Source of the DNA: an archaeon
Lineage (GTDB): Archaea; Iainarchaeota; Iainarchaeia; Iainarchaeales; Iainarchaeaceae
Assembly: GCA_035289485.1 (NCBI GenBank)
Contig: DATDXA010000020.1
Span: forward strand, 1 to 24,991
Direction: 5' to 3'
Length of the DNA stretch: 24,991 nt
Part shown: positions 8,571 through 17,143 of the stretch, in pieces
Position numbering within the stretch: the stretch's first letter is position 1
How the letters are laid out: each line of letters starts with the position of its first letter
Program-made: the position numbers and the translations under genes
Notes under the pieces: generated by a model
Database searches by the model: none
Told to the model about the DNA's origin: nothing
What the model saw: only the letters and a program-made list of their open reading frames with translations

Positions 8571-10247
8571 TTACCTGTCAGTTATTGCGCCATCGGTTGC
8601 CGAAGAAACTGTTTTTGCATACTTTCGGAGCACACCGATGTATTTGAGCGGCGGCGCTTTCCACTGCGCAAGCCTCTTTTTGATTTCAGAATCCGGCAAA
8701 TCCACTGAGAGCTGCTGCTTTTCCGCATCGATTGTAATCATATCGCCCTCTTTTAGAGCAGCAATCGGGCCGCCAACCTGCGCTTCAGGGCAGACATGGC
8801 CGACAACAAGCCCGTGCGTTCCTCCGGAGAATCTTCCATCTGTGATTAAACCTACGGAGTCATGAAAGCCAGCACCCATCAGTGCGGAAGTGGGAGCGAG
8901 CATCTCGCGCATGCCAGGGCCTCCCTGTGGGCCCTCGTAGCGAATCACAAGCACATCCCCTGCAGCGATTTTTTTTCCAAGGATTGCATCAAGGCACTGC
9001 TCTTCCGATTCGAAAATCTTGGCTGGGCCAGTAATCGAAGTGCGCTTAAGGCCTGAAACTTTTGCAACAGAGCCTTCTGGCGCCAAGTTGCCGCGCAGAA
9101 TCACAAGATGCCCGCTCTTTCGCAGCGGATTTTTCAAATCAGCAATTATTTTCTGGGTGGAATCAAGCTTTGGCGCGGATTTCAAATTTTCCGCCATTGT
9201 TTTTCCTGTAACCGTGATGCAATCTCCATGGAGCAGCCCGGCTTCAAAGAGCAGGCGAAGAACCGCAGCAGAGCCGCCCACTTTATCCAAATCCTCCATC
9301 ACATATTTTCCAGAAGGCTTTAGGTCGGCCAGAAGAGGAACCCTCTTTCCCACGCGGTCGAAATCATCCAAAGTGAGCGGGACACCAACGGTTTTTGCAA
9401 TAGCAATCAAATGCAGAACCGCATTTGTTGAGCCGCCAAGAGCCATCACCGCAGTGATTGCATTCTCGAATGCTTTTTTTGTCATGATGTCTTTTGGGCG
9501 GATGTTTTTTTTCGCCAAATCCAAAATGGCGGCGCCCGCTTCCTGAACATCCTTTTTTTTCTCATCGCTCTCAGCCGGATTTGAAGCGGAGCCAGGAAGG
9601 CTCATTCCAAGAGCCTCAATTGCAGCGGACATTGTATTTGCGGTATACATCCCGCCGCACGAACCGGCTCCGGGGCATGCGGAGCACTCGACTCCGTGCA
9701 AATCCTCTTTTGAAATTTTTCCCGCGCTGTACTGGCCAACGGCCTCGAAAATACTCACAATATCAATGTCCTTGCCATTGTAATGCCCGGGTTTTATTGT
9801 GCCGCCGTAAACAAAAATCGATGGGATATTGAGGCGCGCCATAGCCATTACGCACCCTGGCATATTTTTATCGCAGCCTCCAATCGCAACAAGGCCATCG
9901 AAAGCCTGCGCATTCGAAACAACCTCTATTGAATCCGCAATCACTTCGCGAGAAACAAGAGAATACTTCATCCCCTCTGTACCCATGGAAATGCCATCAC
10001 TCACTGTGATTGTGCCAAAGGTCTGCGCCTTCCCGCCCGCGCTTTCAATTCCGGTGCGCGCATCCAGGGCAAGCTTGTCTATGTGAGCATTGCAAGGGGT
10101 GATATCGCTCCAGAGGCTTGCGATGCCAATAATTGGCTTTTCAAAATCATTATCTGCAAAGCCTACGGCACGGAGCATGGCGCGGTTTGGCGCCCTTCGG
10201 TCACCTGAAGTTATGCGCGAACTCCTTTCATTGAGCTTTATTGGCAT
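8571..10247 (-). CDS. ilvD: Dihydroxy-acid dehydratase
   Basis: [71 protein letters not shown]. Alternative GTG start at 10256. Confidence 0.97.
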   Translation of the reverse strand: MPIKLNERSSRITSGDRRAPNRAMLRAVGFADNDFEKPIIGIASLWSDITPCNAHIDKLALDARTGIESAGGKAQTFGTITVSDGISMGTEGMKYSLVSREVIADSIEVVSNAQAFDGLVAIGGCDKNMPGCVMAMARLNIPSIFVYGGTIKPGHYNGKDIDIVSIFEAVGQYSAGKISKEDLHGVECSACPGAGSCGGMYTANTMSAAIEALGMSLPGSASNPAESDEKKKDVQEAGAAILDLAKKNIRPKDIMTKKAFENAITAVMALGGSTNAVLHLIAIAKTVGVPLTLDDFDRVGKRVPLLADLKPSGKYVMEDLDKVGGSAAVLRLLFEAGLLHGDCITVTGKTMAENLKSAPKLDSTQKIIADLKNPLRKSGHLVILRGNLAPEGSVAKVSGLKRTSITGPAKIFESEEQCLDAILGKKIAAGDVLVIRYEGPQGGPGMREMLAPTSALMGAGFHDSVGLITDGRFSGGTHGLVVGHVCPEAQVGGPIAALKEGDMITIDAEKQQLSVDLPDSEIKKRLAQWKAPPLKYIGVLRKYAKTVSSATDGAITDR

Positions 10248-10426
10248 TTTAACCACAGAATATTGCCCAATAAAAGATTTTTAAGCTGGAACGAAAAAGC
10301 GTGAAAATCAGCCTCAGTCCGCCCATCTGCTCCGAAAGACGATAAGAAATATTCGGTTTTGGAGAAGTTGAAAAGAGAAGCTAGTTTTCTTGTTTGAGTA
10401 TTAGGGCTTTGTTGAATTTAATTGTT

Positions 10427-11359
10427 TCATTTGGCCTGGCGGTGTAGAAATGTGGTCTGGAATATAAAGAGCCAGCCTTTTAGGGTGCGGTTTATGAGTT
10501 CAAGATTGTATGCAAGCACCTTGATTGTTGCTTGTTTGCATTGGTTTTCGGGTTTGCGCGAGCAAACCCACGCCCCGAAGGGGCGTTTAATAGCCGAGTT
10601 TACTGATTCTACAAGCGCTCTGCGCTTGTACTTGTTTGCATCGAATAGTGCTGCAGCTTTGCGCCGCAGTTTTCCGTGTATGTATTGTTTGTGACCGTAT
10701 CCAAGGCGTCCTTTTTTCCACTCGCGCACAGGTATGTGGTTTTCTATTCCGTTTTCCCAACAGTACTCTCTGTTGAGAGCACTGTCGTACGCTTTGTCTG
10801 CGAGCACTCGCAACAGCGAGTGCTTGACCGCTCGCACGAGCGGTATGAACGAAAGCGTTTCGTGCTCGTGCTCTGTTGTCGTGTTCATGTTGAGCACGAG
10901 CTTGCTATTCAAATCGGCTATTAGAACGCTTTTAGTGAAGTTCTTGACCTCGACACCGTCAACACGTTTCGCATAGTAATGCGACGGATTCGTGTTTGAG
11001 AATCCTGTTCCGTCTATTCCAGCCTCAACCTTGTTGAGGCTCAAAAGCTTTTTGCATGAGCGCACCATACGCTCAAGCAAATTTTTAGGAAGGCGCTGCA
11101 ATGCCTTCTGAATAGTTGTGAAGTGCGGGATGCACTTGATTCCAAGCATGCGCTGCAGATTCATCTCGCTTGCTAGCCGCACAAACCGCCTGTATGAAAC
11201 GTTGAGGCGTTCTTTCATCACGAGCAAAAACACGTGCACAATGTTGTTGTACATTTTCTTGGAACGGTAAAAATTGTGCAAAGGCACTCTGGCCTGCGCA
11301 CAAAGGCGCAGGCAAAACTTATAAAAGTCTGAACACTGAATAGGTACTAAAGCGCTCAT
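10427..11359 (-). CDS. IS5-family DDE transposase
   Basis: IPHFTT, IDGTGF, LADKAYDS, YKRRALVESVNSAIKR (YxxR..E..K signature). Confidence 0.93.
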   Translation of the reverse strand: MSALVPIQCSDFYKFCLRLCAQARVPLHNFYRSKKMYNNIVHVFLLVMKERLNVSYRRFVRLASEMNLQRMLGIKCIPHFTTIQKALQRLPKNLLERMVRSCKKLLSLNKVEAGIDGTGFSNTNPSHYYAKRVDGVEVKNFTKSVLIADLNSKLVLNMNTTTEHEHETLSFIPLVRAVKHSLLRVLADKAYDSALNREYCWENGIENHIPVREWKKGRLGYGHKQYIHGKLRRKAAALFDANKYKRRALVESVNSAIKRPFGAWVCSRKPENQCKQATIKVLAYNLELINRTLKGWLFIFQTTFLHRQAK

Positions 11360-11417
11360 ACTATCACCCAGATACTTGAGCGCTTTTCCTTTATTTATAA
11401 ATCATTTCTACAGAGCC
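10438..11417 (-). mobile_element. IS5-family insertion sequence (IS903-like ends), 980 bp
   Basis: TIRs GGCGGTGTAGAAATG (10438-10452) and CATTTCTACAGAGCC (11403-11417) match at 13/15. Flanked by the 9-bp direct repeat ATTTGGCCT at 10429-10437 and 11418-11426. Confidence 0.92.
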
Positions 11418-11424
11418 ATTTGGC

Positions 11425-11577
11425 CTATTGGATGGCGGATTTCTTTTTGAGCTCTTGCCATTTTTCGTATTCTTGCAGAAAGTAGAGAAATGACTGTGAA
11501 TGGCTTTTCTCGAACTCTTTAAGCGGGCTTGCCGTTTCCGGTTTCCTTTCTTTTAATTGCAATGTTGTTTGTGGCAT
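11425..11577 (-). CDS. Small hypothetical protein (50 aa), divergent from the pilin
   Basis: MPQTTLQLKERKPETASPLKEFEKSHSQSFLYFLQEYEKWQELKKKSAIQ with a GAGGT RBS; not in the ORF track. Confidence 0.55.
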   Translation of the reverse strand: MPQTTLQLKERKPETASPLKEFEKSHSQSFLYFLQEYEKWQELKKKSAIQ

Positions 11578-11689
11578 TTGTGTACCTCAATAGACCTTTT
11601 GCGGCTTGAGGCACTTTTATTATTTTTGTTTAAGTTGTCTGCCAAAAACAGATTTTTTCTGGAAAAAAATAGACTGATTGAACGAATTC

Positions 11690-11750
11690 TTTTTATATCG
11701 CCGGAGCGGCAACGCTTGTACCGAGAAAAATCTCGGGAACTGGAGGTTTT
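11690..11750 (+). promoter_or_regulatory. TATA box, two leader hairpins and RBS of the T4SS-like operon
   Basis: TTTTTATAT at 11690-11698; AGCG-GCAA-CGCT at 11705-11716; CCGAGA-AAAA-TCTCGG at 11721-11736; GGAGGT RBS. Confidence 0.5.
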
Positions 11751-11754
11751 GAAA

Positions 11755-12060
11755 ATGAACAAAAAATTGATTTCGGTGTTCTCGCTGTTTTTCTTGCTCG
11801 CGCCAATGGCGCTTGCGGACACAACAGTTGCGGACATCACAGCGCCCGTAAACAAGATTTACGATCTTGTCAAGGGAATAGTTTCCGTGCTGGGAATAAT
11901 CGCCATCACGGTGGCAGGAGCCATGTACATGTTCTCAGGCTCAAACATACAATCAAGAGAAGCCGCAAAAAGCATGGTATCCTACGCAGTAATCGGATTA
12001 GTGCTCGTGTGGGTAGCGCCCTTGATGGTGAACTTCCTCTCGGCGCCAGTAGGAGCATGA
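11755..12060 (+). CDS. VirB2/TrbC-like pilin
   Basis: 101 aa from ATG 11755 (GGAGGT RBS). Signal peptide ending ALA, then two hydrophobic helices joined by AGAMYMFSGSN..SREAAK. Confidence 0.8.
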   Translation: MNKKLISVFSLFFLLAPMALADTTVADITAPVNKIYDLVKGIVSVLGIIAITVAGAMYMFSGSNIQSREAAKSMVSYAVIGLVLVWVAPLMVNFLSAPVGA

Positions 12061-12070
12061 AGGTGAAAAA

Positions 12071-13168
12071 GTGGCAAAACCCCTGGAAGTATTCATACCA
12101 CTGCTGCTCCTAATGGGCCTCATGCTCCCATTCGGACACGCAGCCACAGGAACAGGTGGCGGTTCGGAAAATAGCGAGCCGGTAGTGGTTGAACTCAACA
12201 TAGACCTTTCAGGGGTAATCAATGCCATCGACGCGGCCTCAAGCGGAATACAGGGAACGGTAAACACAACATCAAACGACCTCAACAAAACCACAATGTC
12301 AATCCCCGACATAATACTCGGGATGATAAAAGAAACCGCAAAAGAATCAATAAAATCATTCAACAAAACCCTAATGGAATTCACCAAACACGTGCTCTCA
12401 AACAACCCCGATGTCGAAGGGCTCAAGGGATGGTGGCAATCAATCGTAACAATAATCTCATCATTCTACCTACTGGTTTTCCTTATCGCGGGGTTCATGT
12501 TCCTGTTCGCAGGAATAGACCTCTCGAAAAGGGAGCAGGCAAAACACTGGCTCACAAACGCAATCAAAATGATAATCGGAGTAAACATCTCCTTCGCGCT
12601 ATACCAAATTATACTCGAACTCGCAACAGCCATAACCCAATTCATCTGGATAAGCGGATTTGACAGTTTTTTCAGCGAAGCCGCCTACGCAAACGCCGGA
12701 TTCGCACTCCTATTCTTCTACGCCGCAACAATCGCAATCGCCGCAATCACACTATTCCTCCGCTACCTCTTCCTCATGCTTGGAGTGGTCCTCTTTCCTA
12801 TAGCAATCTTCCTATTCTACACGCCAAAACTCGAGAACTGGGGAAAAATGATACTCAACCTCCTCGGCGGCGCCCTATTCATGCAATTCATAGACGTGAT
12901 AATGTTCGTTGCCGCAAACCAAATACTCCTCGAACCCGCAGGAACAAACGGACAATCATTCGTAATTCCCCTTGGATTCTCCATAGTGGCAATAGTAAAC
13001 ATTCTCATCATCGCATACGCAATACTCAAATCAGCATTCTCAGTAGCCGAAAACGCCCCCGTACTCACATACGCAATCGGCGCACTCACAGGACAAATAG
13101 GAATGCTCGCAAACGCCATGAAACCGCAACCACAACCCGCGCCAAGGGAAGGAAACGCGGTGCAATGA
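12071..13168 (+). CDS. Polytopic membrane protein, VirB6/TrbL-like
   Basis: 365 aa with about 6-8 TM segments, including LFLRYLFLML..VLFPIAI..F..P....WG; lies between the pilin and VirB4. Confidence 0.7.
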   Translation: MAKPLEVFIPLLLLMGLMLPFGHAATGTGGGSENSEPVVVELNIDLSGVINAIDAASSGIQGTVNTTSNDLNKTTMSIPDIILGMIKETAKESIKSFNKTLMEFTKHVLSNNPDVEGLKGWWQSIVTIISSFYLLVFLIAGFMFLFAGIDLSKREQAKHWLTNAIKMIIGVNISFALYQIILELATAITQFIWISGFDSFFSEAAYANAGFALLFFYAATIAIAAITLFLRYLFLMLGVVLFPIAIFLFYTPKLENWGKMILNLLGGALFMQFIDVIMFVAANQILLEPAGTNGQSFVIPLGFSIVAIVNILIIAYAILKSAFSVAENAPVLTYAIGALTGQIGMLANAMKPQPQPAPREGNAVQ

Positions 13169-13178
13169 AGGTGAAACA

Positions 13179-14030
13179 ATGGGATACGAAATACCAAAGA
13201 ATTTGAAATACGAAGAAAAAATAGTCTTCAACCTGTCTTTCTGGCAAGCCTGCTCGCTCGGGCTATTCGGATTTCTTGGAGCAATAATATTCCTTAAAAC
13301 CCCGCTCATTTTCGAAATCAAAGCCGGAATAGCAATAATTTTCTCAGGCATAGGCGTTGGATTTGCATTCTTCAACCTGAAAGAACACGCAGGGAACGCA
13401 ACAGCATTCCTGTTCAAGCCCCGGCAAATAAGCTACATGGACAAGGAAATGGAAAAATTCGTAGAAGCCAAATCCATTAAAGAAAATTTGATAACCCTAA
13501 ACAACGGAGCAATAAAAGCAGTACTACAAATACAGCCGATAAATTTTCATATACTCTCCACAAGGCAGCAACAGGCAATAGTTTCCGCATACAAGGATTT
13601 TCTCAACTCCCTTGACTTCCCAATACAAATAGTAATGAGAACGGTAAACCTTTCGCTCGACGAATACCTAAAACACCTCGAAATGAAAGTGAAGAAATCA
13701 AAAAACAAAAAACTTGAAACACAATTCAACGATTTCCAAACATTCCTCCGAAACTACATCGAAGAACACGCAGTCAAAAATCGCCTTTTCTACATCGTCA
13801 TACCCTCAGAAGAAAAGAATTTTGAAAAAGCCGCAAGACAAATGGATATCAGAGTGCAATTATGCCAGGACAAACTCAAAAACTGCAACCTCTCAACCAA
13901 AAGACTACCAACCAATGAACTCATAACAATGCTCTCAAGCTACTACGAAGGATTCATAGAAAACGGAACAGAATACCAAAACATGATGACAATACTCGAA
14001 AAACAAAAGGAGAGTGGAAAAATTGGATGA
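13179..14030 (+). CDS. PrgI/VirB3-like two-TM domain fused to a soluble T4SS-associated domain
   Basis: YEIPKNLKYEEKIVFNLSFWQ followed by two TMs (PrgI pattern), then PINF.ILS..QQ.AI...Y..FLNSLDFPIQI. Confidence 0.75.
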   Translation: MGYEIPKNLKYEEKIVFNLSFWQACSLGLFGFLGAIIFLKTPLIFEIKAGIAIIFSGIGVGFAFFNLKEHAGNATAFLFKPRQISYMDKEMEKFVEAKSIKENLITLNNGAIKAVLQIQPINFHILSTRQQQAIVSAYKDFLNSLDFPIQIVMRTVNLSLDEYLKHLEMKVKKSKNKKLETQFNDFQTFLRNYIEEHAVKNRLFYIVIPSEEKNFEKAARQMDIRVQLCQDKLKNCNLSTKRLPTNELITMLSSYYEGFIENGTEYQNMMTILEKQKESGKIG

Positions 14031-14196
14031 AAAAACACAACGCGCAATAAGGCAAATGCCCCGCGAAATCAGAAGGCAAACAAAAGTCATAGCCACAATA
14101 GGCGAAGCCTTGATTGACACAAAAATAAAAAACCTCAAACGCAGCAAAGAAGACGCAAAATACATATTCGAAAAAATAAAGGAGAAGAAAAAATGA
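14014..14196 (+). CDS. Small basic helical protein in the T4SS-like operon
   Basis: About 60 aa, overlapping the upstream stop; its TGA overlaps the VirB4 ATG (ATGA). Start codon uncertain. Confidence 0.55.
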   Translation: MEKLDEKTQRAIRQMPREIRRQTKVIATIGEALIDTKIKNLKRSKEDAKYIFEKIKEKKK

Positions 14197-16430
14197 AAGA
14201 ACTAACACAACTGCTCAAGCCGTCCTTTGTAAAGAACGAGCCAGACCACCTGCAGGTCAACGAGCAGCTACTCCGCGTAATAATGGCGGTAGGATACCCC
14301 CGCGCAATCCGCGAAGGATGGCTCGACTCAATAATTTCAGCAGAAGGAAACTTCGACATGAGCATCCACATCAAACCATCACACATAGAAACAATACTCT
14401 CACAACTCAATCAGGAACTCGTGAAACAGGAAGCAGATTTGATGGCAGCACAAATGAAAGGGATAGTGAATCCGTCCCTGAAAATACAGCAACAAGACAC
14501 CTTGCACGTACTCGAAAAACTCCAAAAAGGCGAAGAAAAGCTGTTCAACATCTCGCTTTACATAGGTGCAAGGGCATACGACAAGGAAAAACTCGAACTC
14601 CTCACCAAAAAAATAATGTCCGAACTCAACTCAATAATGATAATACCAAAAATGCCCTACCTCCGCATGGCAGACGCGGCAAAATCAGTATACCCGATAC
14701 AAGAAGACAAGCTGAAAATGGAGCGCAACATACCAAGCGATGCCCTCGCGGCCTGCTTTCCATTCACAACCGCATACCTCAACCTCGACACAGACGGAAT
14801 CCTCTTTGGCTTGAACAAAAACAACAATATCCCAATCATCCTTGACCCTTACAAATTCGCAAACTACAACGGCCTTATTTTGGGAACTTCTGGTGGCGGG
14901 AAAAGCGTAACAGCCAAGCTCTTTATTTTGAGAAATCTTTTGCGAGGAGTAAAGACAATCATAATAGACCCGCAGGGAGAATACGCCGAACTCACGGAGC
15001 GCCACGGAGGGCAATTAATAGAAATTAACCGCGACAGCGACACCATCATCAACCCATTTGATTTAATGGGCGCCGAGCTCGGTGAAAAAACAATTTCACT
15101 CATGGATTTATTCAAAATAATGTGCGGCGAACTCACAGAAGTACAAAAAAATATTTTGGATAAGGCAGTGCACAAAGTTTACCAAAAGAAAGGAATAGTC
15201 CACAACAACCCGGAAACATGGCAAAAAGAGCCGCCAATAATGGAAGACATCTACAACGAAATACTTACTGAGAAAAAAACCGCGACAAGACAAGAACGAA
15301 TGACATACGAAGCCCTCGAAAACAGGCTCCGCATATACGTCCACGGCTCTTTCGCCTTCATCAACAAGCAAACCAACCTTGATTTGACCAACGACTTGAT
15401 TTGCTTCAACATAGCAAACATGCCCTCACAGATAAAACCGGTAATGATGTACCTCATAATGGATTTTGTCCACAAAAAAATGCAAAAAGACAAGGAACGC
15501 AAAACTCTAATCATTGACGAAGCATGGGCACTACTCAGATTCGCGGAGCACTCAAAAAGCATCTTTGAACTAATTAAAACAGCCAGAAAATTCGGCTTAG
15601 GGCTGTTAATCATCACGCAAGAGGTTGAGGATTTGCTCTCATCCGGCGCCGGAAAAACAATTCTTGCAAATACTTCATGGAAATACCTCTCCCGCCAAGA
15701 ACCGGCAGCGATAGCGGAGCTCGCGGAAAAATTCCATCTAAACGCCGAAGAACAAAATTATCTGCTTACCGCAATGCCCGGAGAAGGACTGCTCTTTGCA
15801 ATGAACGACCACATCCCTCTAAAGGTGGTTCCATCGCCACAAGAATTGGAACTCATAACCACAAACCCTGATGAAATCAGAAAAAGGGAAGAAAAACTCA
15901 AGGAACTGGGAGAGGAAAAAGAAAATCTCGAACCATATAAAATAGAAAAAAACTATTATCCGATGAAAGAACTCAACAAGAACCAAATCGAATTCCTAAA
16001 AGACAAAGGATTCATAGAAGCCCGCCTATGCGGACTCGAAACCTACTCGCAATGGTTTTTGGTAAAAAAGCCCGAATCAAATGAAAGTGTTGAACATTAT
16101 TTTATGGTGCAATCTATAGCCGATGAAATCCGCAAATACACGGAAAACGTCTCAACCTTCTCAAGCCTCGGGCCAGACGTAACATTCCAAATCCAGAGGA
16201 ACGAAGACCAAATAGACTGGTACGCCATTGAAGTAGAAACCGGCTCGCAACTCACACACCAAGGTGATTTGGAACTCAAAACTTACAAGAACAACACCTC
16301 GGAAAAGCCAAAATACAAGGAATGGCTGTTCATCGTTACCGATAAGAAACTGAAGCAGGATTATGGTAAACTACATGAAGCTCTTACGAGGGCGGAGATA
16401 AAGGAGAAAATACAAACTCTGTTCAAATAG
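14193..16430 (+). CDS. virB4: VirB4-like secretion/conjugation ATPase with an extra C-terminal PD-(D/E)XK-like domain
   Basis: GYPR...GWL, FPFT, Walker A GTSGGGKS, IIDPQGEY, INPFD, Walker B LIIDEAW, ARKFG, ITQ, GEGL, ITTNP, followed by about 185 extra residues. Confidence 0.9.
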   Translation: MKELTQLLKPSFVKNEPDHLQVNEQLLRVIMAVGYPRAIREGWLDSIISAEGNFDMSIHIKPSHIETILSQLNQELVKQEADLMAAQMKGIVNPSLKIQQQDTLHVLEKLQKGEEKLFNISLYIGARAYDKEKLELLTKKIMSELNSIMIIPKMPYLRMADAAKSVYPIQEDKLKMERNIPSDALAACFPFTTAYLNLDTDGILFGLNKNNNIPIILDPYKFANYNGLILGTSGGGKSVTAKLFILRNLLRGVKTIIIDPQGEYAELTERHGGQLIEINRDSDTIINPFDLMGAELGEKTISLMDLFKIMCGELTEVQKNILDKAVHKVYQKKGIVHNNPETWQKEPPIMEDIYNEILTEKKTATRQERMTYEALENRLRIYVHGSFAFINKQTNLDLTNDLICFNIANMPSQIKPVMMYLIMDFVHKKMQKDKERKTLIIDEAWALLRFAEHSKSIFELIKTARKFGLGLLIITQEVEDLLSSGAGKTILANTSWKYLSRQEPAAIAELAEKFHLNAEEQNYLLTAMPGEGLLFAMNDHIPLKVVPSPQELELITTNPDEIRKREEKLKELGEEKENLEPYKIEKNYYPMKELNKNQIEFLKDKGFIEARLCGLETYSQWFLVKKPESNESVEHYFMVQSIADEIRKYTENVSTFSSLGPDVTFQIQRNEDQIDWYAIEVETGSQLTHQGDLELKTYKNNTSEKPKYKEWLFIVTDKKLKQDYGKLHEALTRAEIKEKIQTLFK

Positions 16431-16459
16431 GCATATAACAAGTCTTTATAAACTACGAA

Positions 16460-16513
16460 AATTACTTATATATAAGTAATATTTATAAATAGTTTGAATT
16501 ACTTATATAGTAG
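16460..16513 (+). promoter_or_regulatory. Palindromic operator(s) flanking the TATA box of the HTH-NTase operon
   Basis: Perfect 20-bp palindrome ATTACTTATATATAAGTAAT at 16461-16480; TTTATAAATA at 16482-16491; second copy AATTACTTATATA at 16497-16509. Confidence 0.7.
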
Positions 16514-16522
16514 GCATTTCCA

Positions 16523-17143
16523 ATGGCGAGAACTAAAACCAAGAGAGTAGTGGCATTACTTTTAGACCCAAACTACAAACCAGTAAGCAAATATGAACTC
16601 GCCAAAAAAGCAGGATGCACACCGTCGTGGGCACTAATGCTGACAAAAAAATTAGAGAACAAAAAATTCCTAAAGAATTTAAAGGTTACAGATATAAAAA
16701 AATTATTTGAACTATTCCACAATCTAAGGGCAAAAAAGAACGAATCACGCAGCTATTCAATTTATTCCCTTGAAAATACAGACAAGCTAATGGACTTGTT
16801 CAAAAAAGCCAATAAAGAATACGCATTCACAACATACATTGCCGAAAATATTGTGCAGAAATACTTGTTTAGCCACAGGTCTGAAGCGTACATAAAAAAA
16901 GAAGACCTTGAAGACTGGCACAAGGAATTAACCAAACTAGGCACCTATGGCGGTGGAAATGTAAGAATAATAGTTTCCAGTAGCGAAGAACTATTCAACA
17001 AAAAACAAATCGGCAACAACGGCCCATGGATAGTTAGCACACCACAACTAATTTCAGACTTATACACCGAAGGCGGACCAGCAAAAGAAGCAGGGGACAT
17101 GCTATTGGAAAAGCTCATTAAAGATATAGAGGCGAAAAAATAA
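16523..17143 (+). CDS. HTH protein, AbiEi-like type IV antitoxin
   Basis: N-terminal HTH (KYELAKKAGCTPSWA) and C-terminal IVSTPQLISDLY..GG...EAG; stop overlaps the next start codon. Confidence 0.7.
   Translation: MARTKTKRVVALLLDPNYKPVSKYELAKKAGCTPSWALMLTKKLENKKFLKNLKVTDIKKLFELFHNLRAKKNESRSYSIYSLENTDKLMDLFKKANKEYAFTTYIAENIVQKYLFSHRSEAYIKKEDLEDWHKELTKLGTYGGGNVRIIVSSSEELFNKKQIGNNGPWIVSTPQLISDLYTEGGPAKEAGDMLLEKLIKDIEAKK

Noticed and set aside
9061..9074. TTTGCAACAGAGCC, resembling an IS terminal repeat
   Set aside because: It lies in-frame in conserved ilvD coding sequence (EGSVAK), with no partner or disruption.
10405..11417. IS boundary starting at GGCTTTGTTGAAT (10405)
   Set aside because: There is no target duplication for this pair; 10438/11417 gives a better TIR match and a perfect 9-bp TSD.
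11557..11754. 167-aa version of the pilin ORF in the track
   Set aside because: The extension covers promoter DNA and overlaps a divergent ORF; the RBS and signal peptide point to ATG 11755.
12057..13176. Identical 12-mer ATGAAGGTGAAA at two gene junctions (12057 and 13165)
   Set aside because: Explained by a TGA stop followed by an AGGTGA Shine-Dalgarno; two copies are not enough to call a repeat system.
11780..14800. A-rich bias as a sign of a diversity-generating retroelement
   Set aside because: No reverse transcriptase and no template/variable repeat pair seen.
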